From contig NC_068999.1 in assembly GCF_001194135.2 (NCBI RefSeq), positions 22,320,541-22,384,540 on the forward strand: 64,000 nt of DNA. Direction: 5' to 3'. Origin of the DNA: Octopus bimaculoides (Eukaryota). The notes beneath the pieces are model-generated. The model was not told where the DNA came from. It saw nothing but the letters and a program-made list of their open reading frames with translations, and searched no databases. Shown here piece after piece: positions 53,099-64,000 of the stretch. Position numbers and translations under genes: made by a program. The first letter of the stretch is position 1, and each line of letters opens with the position of its first letter.

Positions 53099-54127
53099 TC
53101 AAATAAAATTCAGGGGTAAACTAAATGATGGTCCTTTATCATCCTTGGTATTCTTTAAATGGATATCAACTTTGTTTTCCAAAATATTAAAAACTGCTGT
53201 TGCTAGAGTTTGAGAACGATCTGTGGGTCTTGGAGTTCGGTAAATTGGATATTCCTTACAATCTGTATCACCAAGGATGTTACAAACATCAGAAACAGAA
53301 CGTGGAGGAGGCAAGCTTGTAGCACGTTTGTAACGGTGAGCAGAACTACCATATGTAACTGCAGGGAATTCTTCAATGTTCAAATGTCGGTAAGTATTAA
53401 CATGAATATAATGACAATCTTTCTTTGGATCATTCTGTTGTGGAATTGTATGAAGATAATGTTGATGTTTGGGTCCTACTTCAAGAGCCCACATATTATC
53501 TTTGTCTTTCACTGAAGCCATATTGCAACAAATACCATAAGCCACACCATGTCTGTTGTCCTCTAGAATCTTGACAGCTTGTGTAACACTGGATACACTC
53601 AAAAGACTTCTGTCAATGAATCGTCTTGGAATGCATTCTCGATATGTCTCTGTTGGATAAAGTCCATTACATGCAAAAATCATTCCATGATTATTGAAAC
53701 CAAAATTTCCTCCAGGTAGGAAACCTGGATAACAATAGGCTGTAATATATTCCTGGTCTTCTTGAACAACATTCTTCTTCACGAAGTTATCATCAATCTT
53801 ACAAGAGACAATATAGACATATGCTTCCATATTGGGACTATAGTCTTCATTATGCACCAATATTTTTAAATCAGGTTTATTAATAAATACAGTTGTACAG
53901 CCTGTAGTATCATCAAGATTAGTAGATTTCTTTGAAAGTATTAACATTTCATTTAAGCAATTTAAAAGGAAAAGATTTTCAAAAGCCACACCTGATCCAT
54001 CAGATATTCCTTTAATTTCTTCAACATATTGAGGAAATGCTGCATTACATGATGCCAAGAAACCCTCATAGACGGATCTTCCTTCACAACAGTTGTAGTA
54101 AGGAAGTAAGGAAGACTTCAGTTCTGG
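53099..54127 (-). CDS. C45-family Ntn-hydrolase, paralog of 61949-63145; N-terminus lost in gap 54128-54684; copy A
   Basis: Open frame from PELKSSLL to TGA at 53099. G|CTT with Cys codon at 53897-53899, plus HNED. Collinear with copy B at a constant 8850-nt offset. The ORF-track start (MYVYAY...) is microsatellite read through the gap, not the real N-terminus. Confidence 0.9.
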   Translation of the reverse strand, partial: PELKSSLLPYYNCCEGRSVYEGFLASCNAAFPQYVEEIKGISDGSGVAFENLFLLNCLNEMLILSKKSTNLDDTTGCTTVFINKPDLKILVHNEDYSPNMEAYVYIVSCKIDDNFVKKNVVQEDQEYITAYCYPGFLPGGNFGFNNHGMIFACNGLYPTETYRECIPRRFIDRSLLSVSSVTQAVKILEDNRHGVAYGICCNMASVKDKDNMWALEVGPKHQHYLHTIPQQNDPKKDCHYIHVNTYRHLNIEEFPAVTYGSSAHRYKRATSLPPPRSVSDVCNILGDTDCKEYPIYRTPRPTDRSQTLATAVFNILENKVDIHLKNTKDDKGPSFSLPLNFI

Positions 54128-54684
54128 NNNNNNNNNNNNNNNNNNNNNNNNNNNNNNNNNNNNNNNNNNNNNNNNNNNNNNNNNNNNNNNNNNNNNNNNN
54201 NNNNNNNNNNNNNNNNNNNNNNNNNNNNNNNNNNNNNNNNNNNNNNNNNNNNNNNNNNNNNNNNNNNNNNNNNNNNNNNNNNNNNNNNNNNNNNNNNNNN
54301 NNNNNNNNNNNNNNNNNNNNNNNNNNNNNNNNNNNNNNNNNNNNNNNNNNNNNNNNNNNNNNNNNNNNNNNNNNNNNNNNNNNNNNNNNNNNNNNNNNNN
54401 NNNNNNNNNNNNNNNNNNNNNNNNNNNNNNNNNNNNNNNNNNNNNNNNNNNNNNNNNNNNNNNNNNNNNNNNNNNNNNNNNNNNNNNNNNNNNNNNNNNN
54501 NNNNNNNNNNNNNNNNNNNNNNNNNNNNNNNNNNNNNNNNNNNNNNNNNNNNNNNNNNNNNNNNNNNNNNNNNNNNNNNNNNNNNNNNNNNNNNNNNNNN
54601 NNNNNNNNNNNNNNNNNNNNNNNNNNNNNNNNNNNNNNNNNNNNNNNNNNNNNNNNNNNNNNNNNNNNNNNNNNNNNNNNNNNN

Positions 54685-54715
<31 letters not shown>

Positions 54716-56124
54716 TATACACACACACACATACACACAAACACGCATATATGCATATACATACATACATACATATATATATACATATATATATATATAT
54801 TATATGTATATATACACACTCACACACACACATGAGCAAAAGCTTCGAGAGAGGTGGGGGTATTTGCATAAAGAAAGTATAGTGAGTTGTGGGTTAACAT
54901 ATTTAGGTATTGGGTCAAAAGAATTTCAGTCAACTGAAGTTATAGCCCTACTAAGAAGAAAAACAATTAGCATCAAGAGAGGGAAAATCTGAAATTTAGA
55001 TTGATTAAAAATTAAATTGAAAATGAGCCTGATCTTTGGTAGTTATAATGACAATTCAGGTTATGGTTTGGCCTTTGAATAACTTTTGGAAGCTATGGTT
55101 TTCATGTGAGTACTTCTGTTCTTCATGGTATGATTTTTATACTATAACCTCCTGTCTTTACCAATGATTTACTAGTAATTTTGGTTTCTAAATTGTTTTG
55201 TACATATTTTACTCAGTGGCTTACGTTTAGCTTTTATTAGTATTTCAGTGTAACCTAATAAAGTAATATTTTCATTATATTCTGCATTAATTTTTATTCC
55301 TAACGTAGCTAAAGTTCCAGAAGGCTTACCTATCAGTACTTTCTTGAGAGATTGACAGCAGTGGTTGGTAAGATAAAAATGGTTATATCCAATTCCTTTT
55401 TGTAAGATCTTGTAGAAAACATTGAAATTTCTTCAGTTTTTAGTCATCTTTGTCTGCAGTGATTCTTATTGTCTTTCCTATTGATCAAACAGATAACATC
55501 TAATCCCACTTTGTGCCCTGTCAAATTGCATTCCCTTTTACATCCTCTTCATGTTTGTAGATAAACAATTACTTGACATTTGCATTTGGCTGGTTTAGTG
55601 GATGGGCAGTGCACGGGTTCATCTTTTGTATGAATAAAAAGAGAAAATTGGTTCTAGACTTGTATAAAAAAATGATTTAAAGTTCTTTATTCTTATTAGT
55701 GTCAGTCATTAGCTGACCCCTATGCTAAGACATCCAGTAATTATTTGTGTATAGTACCTATTTTATATTGAGCTTCATCTACAGAATAGCTAAGTCATCT
55801 TTTGGCACAACTTGTGTATGATTTTATATTGATATATACAAATAGTCTTGAACCATATAATTGCAAAGTGAACTTCCTACTCAAATGGCTAATATCTGTG
55901 TCTATATCTTTTTCGCTGATCTCTATTCGAAGTGAAACTGATATTCAGTTGATACTGAAAGAAACATTGTTTCTCAGATGGGGTCATTTTAACAACCCCT
56001 TCCTACTGTTAGAATTTTTTCTACACTGATGTAGTTTTGCATGCTGATGATTAAAATCACATTTTTTTTTACAACAGAAATTAATAATAAAAAGTTACAA
56101 GCCTTCAAGTTTAAAATTTTAGCC

Positions 56125-56275
56125 AGGCATGGCTGCGTAGTAAGAAGCTTGCTTCCAAACCACATGGTTCCGGATTCAGTCCTACTGTGTTGCACCTTGG
56201 GCAAGTGTCTTCTATTATAGCCTTGGGTTGAACAAAACCTAGTGAGTGGATTTGATAGATGGAAACTGAAAGCCC
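56125..56275 (+). mobile_element. tRNA-derived SINE family B copy
   Basis: GGCATGGCTGCGTAGTAAGAAGCTTGCTTCC...CACCTTGGGCAAGTGTCTTC...GGAAACTGAAAGCCC. Confidence 0.7.
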
Positions 56276-56316
56276 ACTCTGTGTGTGTGTGTATATGTAT
56301 GTATGCATGCATGTAT

Positions 56317-57625
56317 GTTAGGAAGGCACCAGGTCTTGATGGTATTCCTGTTGAAACTCTCTTCCATGGTGGTAATAGGCTTACTGTAGAGATCCACCAT
56401 CTAATATCAGACATCTGGTTGGGTGCTCCTGTTCCCCAGGACTGGGTTGATGCCATTTTAATTTCATTGTTCAAAGGAGAAGGATCCAAATCCGAGTGTG
56501 GCAATTACAGAGGCATAAGCCTGCTTGAAATAGTCGGTACGGTTTTTGCAAAACATTTACTTAATCAGCTAACAATGTGGATATGCCCCTCTGTCATCCT
56601 GGAGAGTCAGTGTGGTTTTAGATCAAGTCATGGCACAATGGACATTGATCTTTTTCTGCTTGTCAACTCCAGGAGAAATGCATCGAACATCGCATGGCTC
56701 TTTACCAGATATTTGTCGATTTAACAAAAGCCTTCAACACTGTTAATAGAACCATTCTCTGGACCATTCTCGGTAAATTTGGATGTCCACCTCAATTTGT
56801 CAACCTGTTTAAGCAACTTCATAGTGATATGAAAGATCATCTTAACTTCAATGGGTCACTATCGGAACCAATTTCCATCGATAATGGAGTTAAACAAGGT
56901 GATACTGCTGCTCCAACACTTTTTTCCACATATTTTGCTGTAACTATCTTGTACACTTTCCAAGACCATGACATTGGCGTCTATATACAGTTCAGAACCA
57001 CAGGTAAGGTCTTTGATGTTAAACGCTTTAATGCAAAGTCGAAGATATTCCGGGCCCTTGTTCGAGAGCTCCTTTATGCTGATGATGTAGTTTTCGTTAC
57101 TCACACCGAGGAGTACATGTGGGCTATATTGGGTCTCTTCTCTAGAGGTTGTATTGCATTTGGACTTATCATCAGTTTAAAGAAAACAAAGATCATGTTC
57201 TCTCAGCCACCAGGCCAACCCTATGTGGAACCTAACATCTTCATGCAGGGTACAAAATTAGATGTGGTTGACTTATTCATCTACCTTGGTAGCAGTCTCT
57301 CTAGAGATGGATCCATTGATTCTGAAATAAACCTGAGACTTAAAAAAGCCAGCAAAGCATTTGGAAGGCTTGAAAATCGTGTATGGTCTGATAGAGGTAT
57401 CGCCTTCAAAGCCAAGCTTAGTATCTATGAATCTTGCATTTTAACGGTCCCCTGTACTCTTCTGAGACCTGGATGACATAATGGCACCACGTCAAGGTTT
57501 TAGAAAGATTCCATCAGACTTTCCTAAGGAGGATACTAGACATCAAATGGAAGTCTTTAACACCAGACACCATTGTTTTTCAGTAAGCTAACACATCCGG
57601 TATTGAAATGATTTTTCTACAGGAT
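56317..57625 (+). mobile_element. RTE-clade LINE fragment (RT domain), frameshifted
   Basis: KAPGLDGIP, GNYRGISLL, ESQCGFR, FVDLTKAF, GVKQGDTAAPTLF, LLYADD, FIYLGS, KASKAFGRL. Confidence 0.92.
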
Positions 57626-59230
57626 GAATTTGATGAGAAAATATTTTCAATTTCAATTCTAATTGAAATCTCTATATTTTTCTCTAAATATAAACTTTAA
57701 AATAATCCAGATATGTAATTTTTTATTTTTTAGTTGTTTTAGTTATCGGACTGTAGCTATCTTGAGAGGTTTAGCTGAATAAGTCTGGTGCTAACTCTAC
57801 TGGTCTCTTTTGCCAAACTATTAGGTTAGGGGATGTAAACAAACCAATTCTGTTTGTCAAGTAGTGTTGGGGGACAAATATACTGCGATTGCAGGTCGTA
57901 CCCAGGCACTGAACTGAAAAACGGCATTTGGCAGTCACCACAGTTCCATGCCACTGGCATTGCCCCTGTTCACTGTCGGCACTTGTTTGGCTGCTCCAGT
58001 GCAGCTCCGTGCTCGCCCCCTCATCGCGACAATACAATTAGCCTTCTGCATTGGTTGCAGTGCAAATATCAGACTGTGAATGATGTGCAGGGGCTGTTGA
58101 AGCAGCCACTGTGCTCCGCAGGTCAAGGCATGCAGCGGCTTCCTGATTCTTTTAAGACGGTGCTCCAGCATGGCCACAGTCAAATGACTGAAACATATAA
58201 AAGATAAAAAGAATAAATGCAAAGACACAAACACGCACAAACAATGGGCTTCTTCCAGTCTCTGTCTACCAAATCCATTTGCAAAGCTGTGGTCAGTCTG
58301 GGGCTATGGCTGGAAACACTTGTCTAAGTACTGCTCAGTGGGACTGATCCGAAGACCACACAGTGAGCTTCTTGACCACAGGATCATGCCTGCACCTATA
58401 GCCAGACAAATAAGTTACACACATGTAATAATAATGAAGACAGTTATTTGGTTAATATAATATAGAGTTAATTAATTATCTACAGTTGCATTACACTATG
58501 TTGAAGAAATACAAAATGCAGAAACAGGCTGTATATGAATGTGAAAATTTTGGGAGATATGGATCTGTTCAATTTGGTTCACAGATTTTTAAAATAATTT
58601 TTTTTTTAATTAAGCAGTNNNNNNNNNNNNNNNNNNNNNNNNNNNNNNNNNNNNNNNNNNNNNNNNNNNNNNNNNNNNNNNNNNNNNNNNNNNNNNNNNN
58701 NNNNNNNNNNNNNNNNNNNNNNNNNNNNNNNNNNNNNNNNNNNNNNNNNNNNNNNNNNNNNNNNNNNNNNNNNNNNNNNNNNNNNNNNNNNNNNNNNNNN
58801 NNNNNNNNNNNNNNNNNNNNNNNNNNNNNNNNNNNNNNNNNNNNNNNNNNNNNNNNNNNNNNNNNNNNNNNNNNNNNNNNNNNNNNNNNNNNNNNNNNNN
58901 NNNNNNNNNNNNNNNNNNNNNNNNNNNNNNNNNNNNNNNNNNNNNNNNNNNNNNNNNNNNNNNNNNNNNNNNNNNNNNNNNNNNNNNNNNNNNNNNNNNN
59001 NNNNNNNTTATGACATTGAAATTGGTGAAAATATTGCAATTTTGTCTTTTTTATCTATACTGTTTGTATGACTTTGTAAATGAATCAGCATGTAGAAAAA
59101 TTTACGGGGAGGTAATTGGAGATTCTTATTATTCGAGACAGGGGAGGTAATTGCACTTCAGGCGGGTAAATTTATATAAACTCATGAGCTAAAGTAGTGA
59201 GATAAAATATGTACAATGTTAGTTATGCGT

Positions 59231-59366
59231 TCATTAAAATATTTACAAAAATCAAAATTGGTTATGTGTTCATATTCTGGTGCAGTTTGTGTTTTTCATC
59301 ATTAAAATATTTACAAAAATTAAAATTGGTTATGTGTTCATATTCTGGTGCAGTTTGTGTTTTTCA
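59231..59366. repeat. Tandem duplication, 2 x 68 bp
   Basis: Units start at 59231 and 59299; near-identical (ATCAAAA vs ATTAAAA). Confidence 0.85.
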
Positions 59367-60566
59367 ATAAATATATTTTCTTTGTATAGAAATTGTTTTC
59401 TTGCACTGGTAGATGGGGAAAACCGTGAAGTTTGGTTGGAGATTCCCTGCACATCTCACTCTATGTTCACTCAATGGTATCTGTCAATACCTTGGGAAAC
59501 AGACCTGTTCCCTATGCAGTGTACATCTCCCTCTAAGTGATATCCACCTATATAAGCCAAACAAGGATGTCACTTAGGCGGAGAACCACACTGCATAAGG
59601 ATGCTATTTCCCTCTAAACGAATGACTTTAACCTCAAAGGGTAGCAGCTACCAGATTTGTGCGGTTAATAATAAGATGCAAACTATCAAAATGAAATTAG
59701 AATTTTGGATAAACCTGCATGCGAAACCCCGACCTTGATACATTCTCTATTTTATTTAGAAACACACATCTAGCAAACGATTTGATGATATTAATTCAAA
59801 CGATCTTTCAACACATTTTAATGAAGTACATTAACTTTTGGAAAACCATTATAATTCAGGAAATGATTTCCAAATGATCAAGGCTTCATATTAGAAAATG
59901 AAGCTTTGTTTGAAGCTTCATTAACAAGTAAAAAACTCAGCTAATTTAAATGCAACAAATATCAACATCACTTAAGATTCCACTTTACAAGCAGCATTTT
60001 TAGAAGAGTGCTACTTTCTGAATTTTTCTATACTATAGAGGTTGGAGTCAGAGGTATTCTGGGCAAATCTGCTTATGGTCTAATGAAAAGCTCATAATAT
60101 CTGAGAAAAGCTGAACCAAAGCCCTAAAGTCAAGACAACAGACAGATGTTCCAGTTGCATCTGGTGAAGGGAACAAAAACGGGCACCATACGTATGAAGG
60201 CACTGTTTTTGAATTTTAACGCCAAGGGAAGTAACTCATTGTGTTAGCTTTGATGTTCCACTGCTAACATGACAACCAACGTCATTTCTTCTTTAAGTAT
60301 AAGTTTGAAGGCTGAGTCAACAGAGAGAAGTTACAACTCGATGAAATCTCCAAGTGATTTAAATGCACAAGTCTCCAACATACAAGTGGCTAAAATGTGT
60401 CAGCAGAAGGGCATCCAGTTGTCATGACCTTTATGTGGCTTGTCCCCAATACACTTATCTGAGAGGGCTTTCCTCTCTCAAGACCTGTTGTTCAGCTCCC
60501 TTGAGAGTTTCTTACTACTCCAAAGCTAGTCTGGAAGGCAAAGATATTATCTGGATCTATTAAGCT

Positions 60567-60946
60567 GAAAATTTTCGGTGTTATTTTGGTGTGTGATCTA
60601 CAACTTAAAGGTGATTACTTTAGGTTACTTTTTAGTTTACTTTTCAGTTTCTAAAAAACCTTTAAGATGTTGGCTAAAGATTTTTTACAATAAATTCTTT
60701 TGTACATACAGAGCATTGTTAATGAATTTTTTCACAATTCTTACTATTTTAATAATAATAAAACGATGTTTCATTTATGTAAATAATAATAAGAAACCAA
60801 GAATAAAAAATATAATAATTAAAATAATCCCGTAGATCACACAAGTCTGGCAGCCATGAGTTTTGCAACGTAAAAAAACTAAAAACTAACCTAAAGTAAT
60901 CGCCCTTGAAGTTGTAGATTACATGCCAAAGTAGCATCAAATTTTC
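60567..60946. mobile_element. MITE-like element with about 70-bp imperfect inverted arms
   Basis: TTTGGTGTGTGATCTACAACTTAAAGGTGATTACTTTAGGTTA mirrored by TAACCTAAAGTAATCGCCCTTGAAGTTGTAGATTACATGCCAAA; AT-rich interior; TSD not identified. Confidence 0.55.
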
Positions 60947-61948
60947 TTTAACAATATCAAGTCTGTCTTACTCTATGGCCCCAAGTTATGGCGAATGAAC
61001 ATGTATATCCTTGAAAAGCCCCAAATATTCACAAATAATTGAAACATTCACAAATAAGCCTCAAGAATATCCTAAGCATTAGATATCCAGAACTGTGAGC
61101 AAAAAAGACCCTTGAGGCATAGCTGAATAGGAACTGTCGATAAGACATAAGGGGAAATGCATAGGTTTTAACTTAAGAAGACAAAGGGATGTTCCTTAGA
61201 TTGGAACTGAGAGAAGAGAAAGAAGGCAGGATGTCCTGGCTTCCTTCCTTGCTTCCCTAGTGGAAATCAGCAGAAAAGGAAGCGAATATAACATGAAATC
61301 AAGGGAAAAGAAACTAACAGGGTAATGTGCATTGAAAGAATGCCCATAATTGGCTAGGAATCCTAATAGCTTATGATGATGATGATGAAAGAAAATTCAC
61401 AACTGCTAGAAAAAGGATACTAAAGCACTATTCCCCTTTTCAGCAATGTATTTATGTGAAGCAGGATATACTACATTAACTCCATAAAAGAAAAATCTTA
61501 TCATCATAATACATTGAAAGTTAGGGCAGATAAGAGAATCCAGCTGTCTGTCTTTAAACCAGAAATGTATAAGAAATTAGTACAAAAATTAAGCAATATT
61601 ACCCCATTAGATTTTCTTTATTTCTTTTCTTTTTTTAGAATGTATGTATTTCTTAAAATGAACATAATTTCTGAAAACTTGCAACTGCCTATTCTTTGAA
61701 GTACACATACTAAAGGATCTGCAGAAAAAAGTGTTTGAGAACCACTGGTCTAAAATCATAAAATAAACTGTTAATAAGAATAAAAAGAAAGAGAACACAG
61801 TAAATAATGTAATGTTTTCATTGATTCAGAATCAGTTTTATAACAAGAAAGCTTTTATAATGTATAAATTCTTTAATTTGTATTAAACAATTCAGGATCC
61901 AGGCTTCTAACAGAACAATACTATTTGTGACACAATTGTTTGTGATCT

Positions 61949-63145
61949 TTACAACATATTCAGGGGCAAACTAAATGCTGGTGTTTTGTCATCCTTGGTG
62001 TTCTTTAAATGGATATCAACTTTGTTTTCCAAAATGTTAAAAACTGCTGTTGATAGAGTTAGGGAACGATCTGTGGGTCTTGGAGTTCGGTAAATTGGAT
62101 ATTCTTTGGATTCTGTGTCACCAAGGATGTTACAAATGTCAGAAACAGAGCGCGGAGGAGGTAAGCTAGTTGCACGCTTATAACGGTTCATTGTGCTACC
62201 GAACCTAACAGCAGGTATTTGTTCCATTTCCAGATACTTGGCAAAATTGACATGAATATAATGACAATCTTTGTTTGGATCATTCTGTTGTGGAAATGTA
62301 TGAAGGTAATGTTGATGTTTAGGTCCTACTTCAAGAGCCCACATATTATCTTTGTCTTTCACTGAAGCCATATTACAACACACTCCATAAGCCATACCAT
62401 GTTTGTTGTTCTCTAGAATCTTGACAGCTTGTGTAACACTGGATGCACTCAAAAGACTTCTGTCAATGAATCGTCTTGGAATGCATTCTCGATGTGCTTC
62501 TGTTGGATAAAGACCATTGCATGTAAAAATCATTCCATGATTATTGAAACCAAAAGTCCCTCCAGGTAGGAAACCTGGATAACAATAGTTTGTAATATAT
62601 TCCCGGTCTTCTTGAACAACATTCTTCTTCACAAAGCTATCATCAATCTTACAACAGGCAATATAGGAATATGCTTCCATACAGGGACTATGATCTTCAT
62701 TGTGGGCCAATATTTTCAAATCAGGTCTATTAATAGATATAGTTGAACAGCCTGCAACATCTTCAATATCAGTGCATTTGTTTGAAAATGTTATCATCTC
62801 ATTTAAGCAATTTAAAAGGAAAAGATTTTCAAAAGCCACACCTGATCCATCAGACATTCCTTTAATTTCTTCAACATATTGAGGAAATGCTGCATTACAT
62901 GATGCCAAGAAACCCTCATAGACGGATCTTCCTTCACAACAGTTGTAGTAAGGAAGCAAGGAAGATTTCATTTCTGGGAATTGGGCACAAAAGTTGGTAA
63001 TCTGTTTACTGAATTGTCCTCCAATTGTATAACCGATGTCATAATGAGTTCCAGAAGCAAATATGAGAAGTAGTTGCTTGTTTTTAAAGTTTTTCAAATC
63101 TTCTAAGGCATAATTAGTTTTAACATCACAGAATTTGTCTTCCAT
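61949..63145 (-). CDS. C45-family Ntn-hydrolase (tan-like beta-alanyl-amine hydrolase / acyl-CoA:6-APA acyltransferase family), 398 aa, single coding exon; copy B
   Basis: Intact ORF with autoprocessing site G|CST (Cys codon 62747-62749) and HNED, with Asn 16 and Asp 18 residues after the Cys (same spacing as Cys103/Asn119/Asp121 of Penicillium acyltransferase, from memory). Also has YPGFLPGGTFGFNNHG, HxN and RTL(S)TAVF. No signal peptide evident. Probable 5'-UTR acceptor (TTTATCTGCAG|, AG at 63175-63174) 28 nt before the ATG. Confidence 0.92.
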   Translation of the reverse strand: MEDKFCDVKTNYALEDLKNFKNKQLLLIFASGTHYDIGYTIGGQFSKQITNFCAQFPEMKSSLLPYYNCCEGRSVYEGFLASCNAAFPQYVEEIKGMSDGSGVAFENLFLLNCLNEMITFSNKCTDIEDVAGCSTISINRPDLKILAHNEDHSPCMEAYSYIACCKIDDSFVKKNVVQEDREYITNYCYPGFLPGGTFGFNNHGMIFTCNGLYPTEAHRECIPRRFIDRSLLSASSVTQAVKILENNKHGMAYGVCCNMASVKDKDNMWALEVGPKHQHYLHTFPQQNDPNKDCHYIHVNFAKYLEMEQIPAVRFGSTMNRYKRATSLPPPRSVSDICNILGDTESKEYPIYRTPRPTDRSLTLSTAVFNILENKVDIHLKNTKDDKTPAFSLPLNML

Positions 63146-64000
63146 AGTAACAAGATGTGATTAGTTCCCAAATCTGCAGATAAATAAATATTTGAATCTC
63201 ATTTCATAAGTTAGACATAGATAACTTATTGATATAATAAAATATAATATAATCACACAAGCTCACTCAAGACATATTATATCATCTCAATATATGAATG
63301 TGATATATTATGACAAATTACCTTTTTTTTCCTGTATCAAGCAGTCTTTGAAATATTTTGTTTCAAAGACCTAGCTTAAACCTAGTGAAAAGCAAGTCAA
63401 TATTATTAAATGTTAAACAGGCATTCTGACTGAATCTTCCATGTGTCAACATGTACATCCTTGCGACAATGTAACCTTCCTTGGTCTGAAGAGTAGCTGG
63501 TGGTATACACCTTGCTTGGATTTTTACCACTTCTGAGGTTCCACCTGCTATGAAACATATGTAGCCCGGATCTTACCTACTCCATTCTATAACTCTTGTA
63601 TTCTTATTCGCACACCCTGGTCACCTAACATGGAATATAAAAAGAATTTTTTTTTTTCTCTTTGAGACCACAACCTGTTCACTGACAAAATTCTGTGCTG
63701 CATCTGAGAAAGTAACAGTTAGTTCATGATATGTATGTATGTACGTATGTATGTATGTACATATATATGTATGTGTACATGTAAATATGTGCGTATGCAT
63801 GTGTACATGCGTATGCATGTGTATATGCGTATGCATGGGTGCATGCCTATAGGCATGTATGTATGCATGTATGTATGTGTGTATGTACATGTATGTATGT
63901 GAGTATTTAGGTATGTAAGTGTGTAGATGTATCTATGTGTGTGTACATGTGTATGTATGTTTATGTACTGATATGTGTGTCTGTTCAAGTTGTATACATG

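Noticed and set aside
54685-54766. ORF-track N-terminus of C45 copy A ([10 protein letters not shown]...)
   Set aside because: This is microsatellite joined across a 557-N gap; the real start should lie in the gap.

Overview
AT-rich, repeat-dense animal DNA with many microsatellites and N-gaps. The SINE, LINE and Penelope-like repeats suggest an octopus (coleoid cephalopod) short-read assembly; this is inference, not a database result. Three genes lie on the minus strand. One is the first coding exon of a Src-family (Src42A/Frk-like) kinase at 39320-39732; I found no exon 2, so 1-39319 appears to be a single intron. The other two are tandem C45-family Ntn-hydrolases (Drosophila tan / fungal isopenicillin-N acyltransferase family), uninterrupted by introns wherever sequenced: 53099-54127 (N-terminus in a gap) and 61949-63145 (complete). 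The rest is decayed mobile DNA: an internally deleted Gypsy element, R4/Dong, RTE, CR1-like and Penelope retroelements, mariner and hAT miniatures, and at least three SINE families, some with clear target-site duplications. The strongest leads are: (i) minimal hammerhead-ribozyme-like motifs with the C3:G8 core pair swapped (G3:C8 at 32568-32618; U3:A8 at 6661-6696), the first in the loop of a 90-bp fold-back whose junction matches the predicted cleavage site; (ii) the C45 pair, a mosaic of near-identical tracts and highly divergent patches next to catalytic motifs; (iii) a 202-bp, 98.5% identical inverted repeat in the Src intron. No CRISPR array, rRNA or true tRNA gene was seen.
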